A DNA stretch of 63,331 bases, the filler included, from Globobulimina sp. (Eukaryota), in the NCBI GenBank assembly GCA_003354225.1. It is 37 parts of 37 records of this genome, joined end to end, with 100 filler letters (N's around TTAATTAATTAA, not from the genome) between each part and the next. Parts side by side here need not be neighbours in the genome. Positions count along the whole stretch, not along the records: positions 22,298 to 23,912 come from PIVH01014089.1; positions 24,013 to 25,627 come from PIVH01014090.1; positions 25,728 to 27,342 come from PIVH01014091.1; positions 27,443 to 29,057 come from PIVH01014092.1; positions 29,158 to 30,772 come from PIVH01014093.1; positions 30,873 to 32,486 come from PIVH01014094.1; positions 32,587 to 34,200 come from PIVH01014095.1; positions 34,301 to 35,914 come from PIVH01014096.1; 29 more parts are not named here. The stretch is one strand, 5' to 3'. Position numbers and translations under genes: made by a program. The stretch's first letter is position 1, and each line of letters opens with the position of its first letter. Below the pieces are notes generated by a model. The model made no database searches. It was not told the origin of the DNA and worked only from the letters and a program-made list of their open reading frames with translations. Shown piece by piece: positions 23,117 to 36,014 of this stretch.

Positions 23117-23683
23117 ATGGTGGATTTTGTGAATTCTCCCGATCGCCCAACGGTACCATATGTAGTAAAAATATTGGTAATGGGTTCTAATGATAAAAAA
23201 GCTATTATGCGAAGATATATTCACAAAACATTTAGAACATCCACTGAAGAAACAAGGAGTGTTTCATGTGTTGGAATGGATATTGGTTCAAAATGTCTTC
23301 GGGTAAATAATGAGACGGTAAAACTTCAATTATGGGATTATTCAAATTATTTTTTAGCATCCAATTACTATCTATATGCATCCGCTGCAATTATTGTATT
23401 TGATATTACTGACAGAAAATCATTACAAAATGCAAAAAAATGTAAAGCTGAGCTTGATTCAAGAATACTGTTAAAAAATGTTATATTAGTTGCGAATAAA
23501 TGGGATTTAGTCGAAGAAAATCCAGCATTAAAACAATTCACTGATACAGAATTAAATGCATTTTGTATTTCAAATAATTTAATTGCGTGGTTTTCATGTT
23601 CGGCAAAAACAGGAATAAATGTCAAAAAAATGATGAATTTTTTAATTTGGAGAATTACCCAAAACAATAGAAGAAAATATTAA
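23117..23683 (+). CDS. Divergent Rab-family (Rab32/29-like) small GTPase with degenerate G1/G3 motifs
   Basis: VKILVMG, KLQLWD, AIIVFDIT, ANKWD, SAKTGINV. Confidence 0.8.
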   Translation: MVDFVNSPDRPTVPYVVKILVMGSNDKKAIMRRYIHKTFRTSTEETRSVSCVGMDIGSKCLRVNNETVKLQLWDYSNYFLASNYYLYASAAIIVFDITDRKSLQNAKKCKAELDSRILLKNVILVANKWDLVEENPALKQFTDTELNAFCISNNLIAWFSCSAKTGINVKKMMNFLIWRITQNNRRKY

Positions 23684-24085
23684 ATTTAACAAATACAAAT
23701 GTACGTATTCAACTGCAATTTTGTTTGCAACATTATTTATATTTTGTGTGTATATTACTGCAATATTATATATTTAATTTGTGTGTTTTTGTTTTTGAGA
23801 TGTCTTTTCTTTTACTTTTGAAAAAAAGATTGTTCTATCCCTTCAATTTATTTTGTAATTTTAATAAAAAAAAATAAATGTTTGTTTTTTGTCATAAGTT
23901 GTCAAACTCCGANNNNNNNNNNNNNNNNNNNNNNNNNNNNNNNNNNNNNNNNNNNNTTAATTAATTAANNNNNNNNNNNNNNNNNNNNNNNNNNNNNNNN
24001 NNNNNNNNNNNNCAATCCAGCCGTTCGTATCGTAAAACGAGCTGTTATCCAAAATTAAAATCGATCGATACAGTATATATCAGAG

Positions 24086-25627
24086 CTATATAACGAAATT
24101 TAACTGGTACGTAGGTGTGTAGCCCCAAAATCCTGTCTCAAAACTTGGTATACCCGAATAATAAACAAACGGACCGTAATCACTGTTCAACTGTCCAATG
24201 ACTGGTCCTTGGTTAGTCTCTTCATCATTTCTCCAATAATCATATATGGTGGACTTACCTTCGTCATTTTCTCTTTCTTTGTTTGGATATGGATACAAGA
24301 CTGATTTTTGTGTGTCAATTAATAATGTCTCTATCAAAGGGGTTACCATAATCACAAAGTTATCGCCTTGCACAGTCATGTCTAAGTTATGATAACTTAT
24401 TATTTTATCCGTCCAATCTTTTCTGTCCTCATTGAATTGAGTACTCCCCAACAAGCCCCATTCTTCGCCATCCCATGAAGAAAACATGATTGATCGTTTT
24501 AACATCCATCCTTTATCAATCATCGCAGCGATTGACCGAGCCACTTCCATCATAGTGGTGGTGCCGGATATATCATCGCAAGCACCCAATGCCCAGGCAT
24601 CCCTATGAGCGCCCAGCATGACAATCTCATCTGGATATAATTCGCCCTCTCGATACGCAAATACATTTTCTAGCTTTGAATGCGGAGAGAAAATATTTTG
24701 TGTTTGTAAATTTGCCTCTACATTGCCACCAATACAAAACTGGTTCACATTTGCAACATTTGCTATCCATCCATTCCATTCTGAATTATTCACCTCAATA
24801 TATTGACAACCAGCATTAAAAGAGTTGAATAAGAATTGCGCATTCTGGCTGGATATAGTTATCATTGGAATGTTGTAATACAGAGAAGGGAACAATTTCT
24901 CATAGTTATCACCTGTATTATTGAAGCCACACTGTTCCACTAATCTGTTTGCTGCCAGATTCCCAACACAAGGTACACCATATTTTATTGTGCCATACTG
25001 GAATCCGCTTGGTGGCAATCTAATGCCTCCATTCATCTGCGCTCCGGTGTACGTATCATTGGCCTCATTGTTGTCCCTATCCATAAACATAATCATTCCT
25101 CTTAAGCCATAACTAGCCGCAGTATGAACCAATGTTCCTCTGCTTGAAGTATGTTTCACCAATGCTATGTATCCAGCACTTAGATTATACCCTGCTTTAA
25201 TTAACTGTGCATAATCGCTGTTTTCGCCCTTATTTACATAAATCAATGGATATGTTATATTCCCCGACGCTGAATATGAATTCCAAGCTCGTTTTCGAAA
25301 TGTTGTGTTTGTATCTTTGTCAGCGGGAAGATATTCATTGGATAAGTCAATATTGATTACAGCTGCAGTTTGATTATAAAGTAATTTGACAGATAACGAG
25401 GAATCTACAAAGCGATCCAAAACTGCATCTGTCATATTGTCGGTTATGATTTGATATCCCCAATCACTAAACATATTTGCTATGGTAGTGGCCAATTGAA
25501 TATTTTCTTTTTCCCCTGCAACATGAGGTTGATACGCCAATGTGTATGATATGTTACGCGCTGAGTCATTGGATGGCAGTAATAAAAATTCTGCTTCCCA
25601 TTCATTATCAGTGTACGTAATGGTTTG
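24086..25627 (-). CDS. Glutamate carboxypeptidase II/NAALADase-like M28 peptidase with PA domain; fragment
   Basis: PHVAG, NSYSASG, GAHRDAW, GACDDISG, SWDGEEWGLLGS, NLD, SDYGPF. Confidence 0.93.
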   Translation of the reverse strand, partial: QTITYTDNEWEAEFLLLPSNDSARNISYTLAYQPHVAGEKENIQLATTIANMFSDWGYQIITDNMTDAVLDRFVDSSLSVKLLYNQTAAVINIDLSNEYLPADKDTNTTFRKRAWNSYSASGNITYPLIYVNKGENSDYAQLIKAGYNLSAGYIALVKHTSSRGTLVHTAASYGLRGMIMFMDRDNNEANDTYTGAQMNGGIRLPPSGFQYGTIKYGVPCVGNLAANRLVEQCGFNNTGDNYEKLFPSLYYNIPMITISSQNAQFLFNSFNAGCQYIEVNNSEWNGWIANVANVNQFCIGGNVEANLQTQNIFSPHSKLENVFAYREGELYPDEIVMLGAHRDAWALGACDDISGTTTMMEVARSIAAMIDKGWMLKRSIMFSSWDGEEWGLLGSTQFNEDRKDWTDKIISYHNLDMTVQGDNFVIMVTPLIETLLIDTQKSVLYPYPNKERENDEGKSTIYDYWRNDEETNQGPVIGQLNSDYGPFVYYSGIPSFETGFWGYTPTYQLNFVI

Positions 25628-25727
25628 NNNNNNNNNNNNNNNNNNNNNNNNNNNNNNNNNNNNNNNNNNNNTTAATTAATTAANNNNNNNNNNNNNNNNN
25701 NNNNNNNNNNNNNNNNNNNNNNNNNNN

Positions 25728-27342
25728 CTTCCTTAGCCTCCACACAACTCACATTCTCGTCGTCAAACTTGTACCATTTATCGCTCTCTCCGCTGGGATT
25801 GATGTACGCAAAGTAATGGCCCCCATACGTGCTCCCACTATGCACCAACACACTGAACAGCTGATACGAAAACTCGCCCCTTCCATCCACGTCGATGCCC
25901 ATATGGTTGTAATACGTATTCGGACCCTGCTTATTCTGGCTTTTCTGCGTACGCTCATCCTCCTTCTCCTCCACATAAACAAACGGATTGAGGTCAATAT
26001 CCTGGTAAAACTTGACAGGGTCATTGATCTTACTCGTATGCTGATAATGGTCGATCTCAAAGCGGCACAGTTGCAGGAACAGCACCGGCGGGAACCGTTT
26101 AAACCGCAGTCCTTTGTCCGCGTCTTGCTTCTTTAGCTCGTCATTGGCATAATACTGGTTGTTCCCGTCCAAAGTCTCCGGCTCGATGAACTTACGGATA
26201 CAATCGTAGATATCCGGCGCGTCGGATAAGTTATCCCCGGCGCCGTAGCGATTATAGCTGCGGTTTCGAGGCTTGTTGCTCTTCGGAATCGTTAGCTGGA
26301 TATCCTGGAAATGCTCGTTCCGCACGCTCTCATATTGCACGTTCTTACACGACACATAACTTTGATACTCGCCGCTGAACAATTTCTCCACGATTTTCTC
26401 CGCCGGCGTGCCTTTGACCTTTGCCTCGATTTTGTCCATCAGCACGCGAAGGAATTCCTGCACGTCGTGTTGGACAAAGGCATCGCCGCCACTCCATCCG
26501 AAGGATTTGATCAAATCCTCGGTGGACACGGCTTTGTCGTAGCTACTCTGCCATACATCGTACATATTGTCATTGCTATCCATCTCCACGTCGTCGTCCG
26601 TCACTTCTTTTTTTTCGCTGTCTTTTCCGTTTGCAAAGTCTGCGTCAGACTGCAACGTAAATACCGAACAATCGCTCAAATTGCCATCGTCGTTGTCATT
26701 TAGTTGCGGTTTGCAGACTTTGTCGCTATTTAATTCATATTCGTTTTGGTGGTTGGACTCTGCGCCGGTTTGTAATTGGTAGAATAAGCGCTGTAATTCC
26801 AAGGAAATGGGCGGTTTTATGCTTTTTTTGGTGGCGCTTAATGTGTCGTCGTCATCTTCATCGTCGGATAGGTCGTTTTTTAGATGATTGGAGCCTCCGT
26901 GGCAGACATCCATGGCGTTGTTGTCTTGTTTTTGGTCGCTCTCTGTTTGTTTTTTTAATTCAGCTTCTTTGATTTTCTTCTGTTCTGCTTCGTGTCCAAC
27001 GGGGATTTTGTACACATTGCGGCGAAGGGAAGCTATGTGATATAAGGTTTGCAACATTGAGTTCATGTAACAAGTGGCGCCCTCATTCTTTATGCCTACG
27101 AATTTGTTGATTTTGCGTTTGCTGAATTTGGGTCGACGGAATATACGATTTCTAGCGTCGAAATTCGGATTCTTATCATCTGCGATGTCACTTTCAATTT
27201 GTAACTCAAACCAAAAACTTAGACACTGCTTTTTGGGTATTTTTGCATCAGAAGAATCACAGTCATTTATACCACTGCAAATCCGGTCACTTAATTCTTG
27301 AAAAGTTTCCGTTTGAAAGGAGCAGATATGTGGAAATTGGCG
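25728..27342 (-). CDS. Ubiquitin carboxyl-terminal hydrolase (USP/C19, USP7-like catalytic domain); fragment
   Basis: Cys box GIKNEGATCYMNSMLQ, QHDVQEF, His box VHSGSTYGGHYFAY, WYKFDD. Confidence 0.95.
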
Positions 27343-27442
27343 NNNNNNNNNNNNNNNNNNNNNNNNNNNNNNNNNNNNNNNNNNNNTTAATTAATTAANN
27401 NNNNNNNNNNNNNNNNNNNNNNNNNNNNNNNNNNNNNNNNNN

Positions 27443-27680
27443 GCACTCCAATGCTTGGTAAAACGAAAATCAAGCAGTGTGGTTACGCTCCAGGTCAATT
27501 TGGACGCCGAACCAATATCAAAACCGCCGATATCGCCGCGTGTCATAAACCTCCACCGCTCGGTAAGCAGCCACTCTATCCTGCCGCCGACACCCGGCTC
27601 GATCCAGTCCTCGCTGCCGCCTTTCTTAGACAGCTTTCCAGGCCCAGGGGGGTTGGGTGTAATTTCCTGTTTCAAATCAT
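27443..27680 (-). other. GC-richer segment encoding a bacterial outer-membrane beta-barrel-like peptide
   Basis: SEDWIEPGVGGRIEWLLTERWRFMTRGDIGGFDIGSASKLTWSVTTLLDFRFTKHWS; abrupt compositional shift. Confidence 0.7.
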
Positions 27681-28865
27681 TATTTGTCTCCAAATGACTA
27701 TTACTTGGCCGCGGACTGGGATTGGTATTAATATTTAACAATGGTCGATCATTCGTAATACGCAGCAATTTGTTGGGAATATTTCTATTATCATTTACGA
27801 ATCCAAATGCATTTGTAATTTGTTTTTTTTTTGCCATGAATGTAAACAATTTATAAACGTTTTTATCGCACGATTTGCACAATGAATAATATAATTTATC
27901 TCCAAAAGTGGTGGAAAATAAACATATCATACAAATGGAAGTGCATAGACTGTCAATCGCGGCCATATTCATCGGAATTAATAACGTCAAACGTGTTTGT
28001 GGTCCGAATATAAAACGAAAACCAAAGAAACAAAATGTGACCAAAGCCACAGTAAAAGATATCGTAAATACTAATATAGCATTTCTTGTCGTTATCATTA
28101 AAAAAGAAATGCGCTGCTGTTTGCAATGGGAATCTGTATTATGCAGTTCTCGCATTGTTAAGAATAACAATCGTTTGCTGAACAAACAAACGACCAAACA
28201 AACGACAATTTGGTATTGAATGCGCCAAGTATTAAATGCAAATTCTGCGAAAATTAAATGGTTATTATATACCGACCAATAAGCGAAAAAAAGAGATATC
28301 GGAGCAAATACTGTGTTGAAACTATTGATGAATAACATTATTTTACGATTGATGCTGTATATTACATTGAGTAACAATGGACAGATTTCGCTAAGAAACG
28401 TTTTTGTTGACATCTGACATTCTGACTCATAATATATAAGTATGTATAAATACAATACCTTAATGAGCTGTTCTTGAATCCATGGTATAATCGGCCGGTA
28501 AAAAACCATATTAATGCTACTTTCGCAATATACCATGAGACGGTAGATGTAATTCGTTGAATATGTGATGGATGATACACGTAAAATATCTCGTTGTCAC
28601 AGACTGGATCAAATAATAAATAAAAACAATAGACACTGTTAAAAAATGCATTCAACGAGTTAAATATGAGCGTAATTGAGGCTGTTAATTTAAAATATAT
28701 ATTAATTTGAACACTTTCACATTTGTTGTTGATTGTGGCATTTCGCTGAAGAGGTTTATTTTTGTCGACTGATCTAAAATGGTTGATTAAACATATTGCA
28801 ATTACTGTTGTTGATATTGTAATGATGGATGATACAATTGTCACTAATAAAGAGACTAAATGCAT
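27680..28865 (-). CDS. 7TM GPCR-like membrane protein, one intron (~28413-28457); 3' end replaced by a foreign segment
   Basis: ORFs 28362-28865 and 27391-28536 together give ~7 TM helices; AIDSLCTSICMICLF, LYYSLCKSCD. Confidence 0.65.
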
Positions 28866-29157
28866 GCTTTACAAAAGTTTGTTCTAAAACAATTTTGTAG
28901 CTGTGAATCATGTCAACATCTTTGTTACTTTCAAAGTCCAACGTTGATCTCATTGGTACTCGCGATAAAGACATTGTTTTTGGATTTATCAGACACTCAC
29001 AACAATTATTCCCATCAGCAGGGAATTCTTTTTATGTTATACCAAATTTAGTAACGTNNNNNNNNNNNNNNNNNNNNNNNNNNNNNNNNNNNNNNNNNNN
29101 NTTAATTAATTAANNNNNNNNNNNNNNNNNNNNNNNNNNNNNNNNNNNNNNNNNNNN

Positions 29158-30772
29158 TGTTTGGATCCGGTGCAAATCCAATCGATGCCATTTGTGTATT
29201 ATTCTCATATCCAGCATCAATTAATTTGTTCCCAATGGCACATAATGCGTCAAAGTAATGTTGGTTCCATATATTTCCCTCTTTAGCCGCCACTAAAATA
29301 TACATTGGAGACATTGCACCGGGATTAAAACTATCAATTAATGCAAAATATGCATCCACAGAATGAACCTCCTTCGGGAAATTCATTGTAAAATCAATAC
29401 TCGGCGAATAATCAGTCAATACATAAATAGCCGGCATCATTAAGGCATAAATCAGCAAAGGAACAATACATTTGTATGGATAGCGCGTGGTGTAAGAGGT
29501 CAGCCTGAAATAACAATTGTTTTTCCGTGCTTCAACCTCTTCGACTTGCTCCAATATTACTTCTTGTACAACTGTGCTGTCTGTGGAGCTCACTTCCAAC
29601 ATAATTGAGTCTTTACTTTCAGTTTCATTTATTAATAAACTTTCAGAGGGCACTTGTTTATTTTTCTGTCTCTTGGCACAAGCAGCCATGTCATAAAAAC
29701 AGGAGACACAACACACCGGACAGGTATCTAATGTGCCATAGAAATTGGGACATTGCAATATTGCAGAAGCAGTCAATGAGATATTGATTAAAATACAGAA
29801 AAAGATGGTTATTCCAGCAGCATAGCCAATGGTCTCCATACCGGAGATAGGAAATAGAACAATTGCTTGATAGCAGACAATTAAAACAACACCAGATAGA
29901 CATACCACATGCCCTGAATATTGCAACATGGCTCGCACAGAATCTTCCACTGATTTCCCTGCCTTTCTTTCTTGTGCGAAACGGGATAATAAGAACATGG
30001 AATAGTCGATGGATAGTGCCATGGATAGGAACATAATGATTGAAGGTGCCATTGGATTGACATCCAACCACCAAACAGCAAACGGATAAAATGCGCCAAA
30101 TGAAATCATAATAGTCATTGCTAAGGACAGCATCGGCAGACACACAAGTTTCCAGGAACCGATCTGTAGTTATAAAACGCATAAAAGTTACAAATCAAAT
30201 ATACAAAATATACTGTACAAAAATGAAATGTATATTGTATACAAAGTTGTGTATATAGTTATAACGTACCATGAAGATCATAAATAAAAATATTATCGGC
30301 ATAAGAATTATATCCTTAGAGGTTATATCATCTTGAATCGTTTTCATTGAGTCTTGGAATATAGCCATCATTCCTGTCAATACCAGATAATAATTGGGAT
30401 ACTCATCGTTTATCGCAGCTAGCTCATCTTTTATGGCATCGATATAATTTTTTAATTTTGAAGTAGATACGCCATCGATGCTTGATTCAATAAAAACAAT
30501 CATTAGATCTTGGTTGTCGGAGACATATTTTTTTAGCATTAGCATATTAATGACTTCTTGTACACTGATATTGTGCCCATGGTATGGTACGACTGCGTCT
30601 GTGATGTTTGAGGTTGAATAATAAGATTGAAGGCCAAGCAATACGTTATAATCTGGATTTACTTTGTTCCAAATTGAATCATTAAGTCTTTGGAATATTT
30701 CGTTGGTGGTTGGATTTAATATGGAATTGTTTTGGTTTACATCGATATCGCATTTTGATTGGATTAATATAA
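29158..30772 (-). CDS. MMPL/RND-superfamily membrane protein fragment; intron ~30167-30268
   Basis: LTGMMAIF, MALSIDYSMFLLSRFAQE, SGHVVCLSG, FNPGAMSPMYI. Confidence 0.85.
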
Positions 30773-30872
30773 NNNNNNNNNNNNNNNNNNNNNNNNNNNN
30801 NNNNNNNNNNNNNNNNTTAATTAATTAANNNNNNNNNNNNNNNNNNNNNNNNNNNNNNNNNNNNNNNNNNNN

Positions 30873-31896
30873 CCAAATTCTCACTATCATCATGTTCTGA
30901 TAATAAGTTACCTGGTTTGGGATGAACTAATAAACCATAATAAGGGTGACTTTGTATCGATGGAAGGCAATCCGACTGATTTGTTTGCCTGGACATGATT
31001 TCGGGTATGACAACATCCTTTTCTGATTGGAGTAATTCTTGATGGACTGAATGTTGTTCTGTTAACTCCACATTTCTCGGTTGAATTGATGGTTCTATTG
31101 ACTGATCACTTGCCCTTGAATGATAGCCACTCGAATCACTGTTCCTTAAAATAAAAGATTTGAATTTTTCAATAAAAACTTTCGGTACATATTTATTTAC
31201 TAAATCGTTCTCTAAAATCTCTGAGCCTACTTTAGCTACGGAATGTAGTATAGGAATAATTATTGACTTTTGATGTTGTGTACTACTGCTTGATTGTGTA
31301 AAAACTCCAGTATCACTAGATAAATTAAACCTATTGTTCGCTAATCGTGATTTGACTGTATTTTGACTACAATTTTGGCTAGAATTAATTGAAGAGCCAA
31401 TACCAGTAGTTAGGGTGGCTTCATCTGGCTTTACAGCGCTACCAGGCGACATACGCAAAGCAAGCCGAATATTTCTACTGTTATTTAAAACGGTCGGACT
31501 AGAGACATTAGTATTACGATTTTGTTTACTACATGACTCAATATTACTATAAGGCTGTACTCTTTGACGTTGCCATTTATTAACTAGTTTCCTTTCTTGC
31601 CAATGCAATTTCTCATTATTTGCCGACAAGGATGACTGACTACTAAGTAACACGGGCATGGTATCTGTTTCTATGCGCTTTTCTGGTAAACCAGAAACTA
31701 AACTGTTCGACAATTTGGTACTAGACATCTCTGAATTGCGTGGTAGGTAGGTCTTCATAAAAGGTACTTCAGTCAAGGAAGCCCGTGTGGTCGACACAAA
31801 ACACTGAATAATACGTGATAAATTTACTGAATAATTTACCCTTTTGATCTCCCTTGATTGATAGGGCAGGCAAGACTTCAGCACAAATCCGAGCAC
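30873..31896 (-). CDS. Hypothetical Ser/Asn-rich disordered protein exon; origin uncertain
   Basis: Long ORF with no recognisable domain. Confidence 0.35.
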
Positions 31897-32725
31897 GCTG
31901 CCAACAGTTGTAATAGTATTATCTATGTATGTACTTTATACTAAACGACAACAGCCGAAGCACAAGAGCTACATACAGCGACAAATAACAGATTACAATG
32001 ACAAGGGTAGCATGGACCGGAATGCACGATGATGACAGGAGGCTTGGAGACGAATCACTCCCGGCTGTGCGGACGTCGAGTCTGCCGTGGGATTTCCTCT
32101 TGTGGCGCCGACGATTGAGCTCAAGGCCACTGCTGATAAACGAAACGACGGTTGTGAACGGTTGAATTGAGTGAAAGGTGTAAAAGAGCCACACGTCCCG
32201 AGTACTCTTTTATGACACGAATAGCCAATACTAAACACAATAGATCACAATAATAAGTCAACAATAAAGGCAACACTGATCTATCATAGCAATGAATGAA
32301 GGCAAAAGATCTCATAATATCGCATCCAGTTTCATTCGTATGTTGCATTGTTTTGGCCAGTAATAGTCAAATTAATCACATCACCAGGCAGGTGGCTGGG
32401 CTCGCTGCGACCGTATGTTTCTAATCAGTCCAGATGGAGATGTCCTGTAGGTCCACGCGGCAACTTTGAATTGTTGATTGTAATATNNNNNNNNNNNNNN
32501 NNNNNNNNNNNNNNNNNNNNNNNNNNNNNNTTAATTAATTAANNNNNNNNNNNNNNNNNNNNNNNNNNNNNNNNNNNNNNNNNNNNCCTAAAATCTCAAA
32601 ACAATATGTCCAATCCAACAGATGTAGATGTAAAAGAAGGTATATTTCCTTTAAATTGCACAAAATATAATAATAACAATTAATATATAGACCTGGATGA
32701 CTTTGAGGATTTTGTTCAAATCTAT

Positions 32726-33899
32726 ATGATAACACTAGATATCATTGGTGCATACAATCTGGAAAAGGCGGATATGTTCGGCAAATCGGACCCATATTGT
32801 AAAGTATCTGCGTTCTCCACCTCCTATACAACCTGCACTGTGATGAAATCATTAAACCCCAAATGGAATGAACATGTTGAAATGACCTTTTTTAATGACC
32901 CCAAAGCATTGCGGTTTGATGTCTTTGACTATGATGGCAAGCTTGGAGGGAAAGATGATGCCATTGGAGATTGTCAATTTAATATACAACCAAATTTCTA
33001 TAAAGATTACAATGGATTTGGTGGCAAAATCAAATTAGAAAATTGTAAATCGGGCGAGTTAGAAATTAGAGTAATTGCAAGGAAATTATTACCATTAGAA
33101 TTAGAGAAGAAATTAAGCAATTTACAAGACATCGTATTTGTAAATAACAATACCATCACCACGCAAGACGCAGAGATACCGGATCTAAATAATAAGAATG
33201 CGACCTTACAAAACGAGATTAGTGCGCTTAACACAAATATTAATGCATTAAATGTTGAGATTCCAGACAAGCAAACTCGACAAAAAGAGGAAGAAAAACA
33301 AGGTAATTAAATTAAACTGCAAAAACACTTTGTTTTGTGGATTGAATTTGTTTTTTTGTGCATCAAATATTTTGTACGCGATTTTGCGGAAATATGTATG
33401 TTATGTTACTTATGTTATACAACAAGGTGAGAAATTAGATGAAGAGGATAAAGAAATGGGTTTCGATATTAATGGATTGGCAGATAAATACATAGAGATT
33501 GAGAAAGAGGAAAAAGAAGTAATTAAAGCTTTGGAAGATGTTAAAATTGCGGAGGATAAAAAAAGCACAGAAAATGAACATTTAGAAAAGGATATTTCTG
33601 ATTTAATGAAACAGATTGAAGCCAAAGAGACGGCGGAGAGAGAGAGCAAAGAGAGAGCGGCCAAAGAAAAGAGCGAGAAAGAAAGAGAAAGATTAAAACA
33701 AGCGGAGGCTAAGAAAGCAGCGGAAGAGGAACAAGAAGAGGAAGAGGAAGAGGAAGAGGAAAATGCAGTCGTTTCAGCTCAGGCCATGGTCGAACAGAAA
33801 AGTGATGATCCCGCAAAACCATTGGTAGGTAAAGATAGAAAAACGAAATTTGAACCTGATGAGAGTGGAAATGGATGCTTATGCTGTGCTGTCTTGTAA
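32726..33899 (+). CDS. C2-domain protein with long coiled coil and C-terminal CaaX-like motif; intron ~33303-33426
   Basis: DMFGKSDPYCKV, SLNPKWNE, VFDYD; acidic coiled coil; ends CLCCAVL. Confidence 0.85.
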
Positions 33900-34300
33900 C
33901 TTTTATTAGCGTTATTTTGTGTGTTGACTTGAGCATATTTTTCATTTGACTGTGTACTATATAATATAATTAAGTTTGTTTTTTTTATAATTCAATAATT
34001 TCAATTCGATAATTATTCTTCGACTCCCATTCAGTTAAAGTTTTTGAAGAAAGAAGTGATTGTCAAAAAAAGACTTCATTGCATTGCTTTCAATGCTTGT
34101 GCCCACGCACTTGATTTCGCTTTGAATGCATCATCACCATAATTTGGATCACCGAATCCGATGCAGGTCCTTGAATACCAGCCAATATATTTGCAGTCGG
34201 NNNNNNNNNNNNNNNNNNNNNNNNNNNNNNNNNNNNNNNNNNNNTTAATTAATTAANNNNNNNNNNNNNNNNNNNNNNNNNNNNNNNNNNNNNNNNNNNN

Positions 34301-35686
34301 AATCTGAACATAAATGGCTCAGTACGTAACGGTTTTCAATTCATGAATTTCGATAAAAACATTTCCCAAAACGCTAAGTGTTGATGTAAACACAGTGAGT
34401 AACACCAACAAAGTCATTTTATTCATAACAGCAACCAAATCAACTGCACCATTCGCACTCTTCCCCTCTGATCCAGTGCCACTTTTTTTTGTTTTATTAG
34501 TTTGCGTATTTGCTGTATGACTCACCGTTAATTCAATATCTTTTGATGGTTTTTCAAATTCTAATTCTTTTTCTTCCGGCAATCTCAGTCTATCTTCTTT
34601 CCTGCAATGGTCAATAACGTCTGGTGTTGGTTGTGGTGATGTATCGCTATCATAATAGTTATGTATCGTCGCCATATTCATCTCACTATTAACTACCATG
34701 TCTTTGTCAGCATTTAATGGGGTATTTCTTGGTTGAGATTGATCGAGTATTTCAGTCTCAGAGTTACAGTCAAATTTTGAAATTATGACAGGTTCCATAT
34801 ATATGCCATCGATGGTCATTGTATTTGCGGAATATATTATCACATCGTTTTTCTTTTTGTTACCTTTTGTTTTTTGTTTGCTTCCCGAATGTCCAGAACT
34901 CGATTTTTCTTTTGACGAATGTAACGAATGTTTAATGGTTTTGGTCAATTCTGAGAAAAAATCTGTGGAACGACCGGATTTGATATGGTTCGTCAATGAC
35001 ATTTTTAACAATAAATACAACTTTGATGTAAATAAATATAATAACCACAAACACATGATTTCCACGCAAAATTCCCAAACAATTTCGCATATAATTATCA
35101 TGTTTGTTTTATGATAAATAATAATTAATAAAATAATACCAACAGCACCTAAGAATAAAGCAAATAAAATACCTTTTAATGGGGAGAGAAAACATTTATT
35201 TAAACCGAATATAGCGGCACCAAATGTATACTCAAAACGCAAAATAAATACATAAATAAGACATAAATGTCCAATCGTATCTGTTGTAAATAAAGTGATT
35301 TGTATCTGTTGTAAATAAAACAATTAAGATCTGTTGTATAACATACCAAATATAGCAATTAAATATTCCATTTCTTCAAACGAATGATAATAAAAATCTA
35401 ATATCCATTTCTGTCCATCATGCAATGCATGCGCATCAATTAAAATTGTTTGTACTATCACTAATATTACTAAAATGCATGACAACTGAAACGACATTAT
35501 TGCGCAAATTGTCACAATCATAAACGTTTTCAATGATTTTTTTGCTGCATGATTTCGGTGTTTTTTTCTGAAAATATGGATTAAATGAATTGCCAGACTC
35601 GATAAAAAAACTACCACCATAACATATAATGATAATACAATATATGATAATGTAATTTTAGCAGTCTCCATGATTTGATTGGGCAT
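34301..35686 (-). CDS. 7TM GPCR-like protein with a long third cytoplasmic loop; intron 35281-35346; 3' truncated
   Basis: Spliced ORFs give six visible TM helices; LRFEYTF, LYLFTSKL, MNKMTLLV. Confidence 0.7.
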
Positions 35687-36014
35687 TGATTCAAAACTAA
35701 ATTGTTTTTTTTTGTAGACTACTTTTCTTCAAAACATCAAGAAATCAAATTTTCCTTTCAGCAAAAAAATAATTATTCAATTTGATATTCTCAAGTAACA
35801 CCTACAGATATACATAGTAACACAGGTAAAAGTTATTAAAAATAAATCATCAACAGTTGCGTTTGTGTGATCAAGTATGGCCTCCCGTAATCTCTACAAC
35901 ATCGTCGTCCATAANNNNNNNNNNNNNNNNNNNNNNNNNNNNNNNNNNNNNNNNNNNNTTAATTAATTAANNNNNNNNNNNNNNNNNNNNNNNNNNNNNN
36001 NNNNNNNNNNNNNN

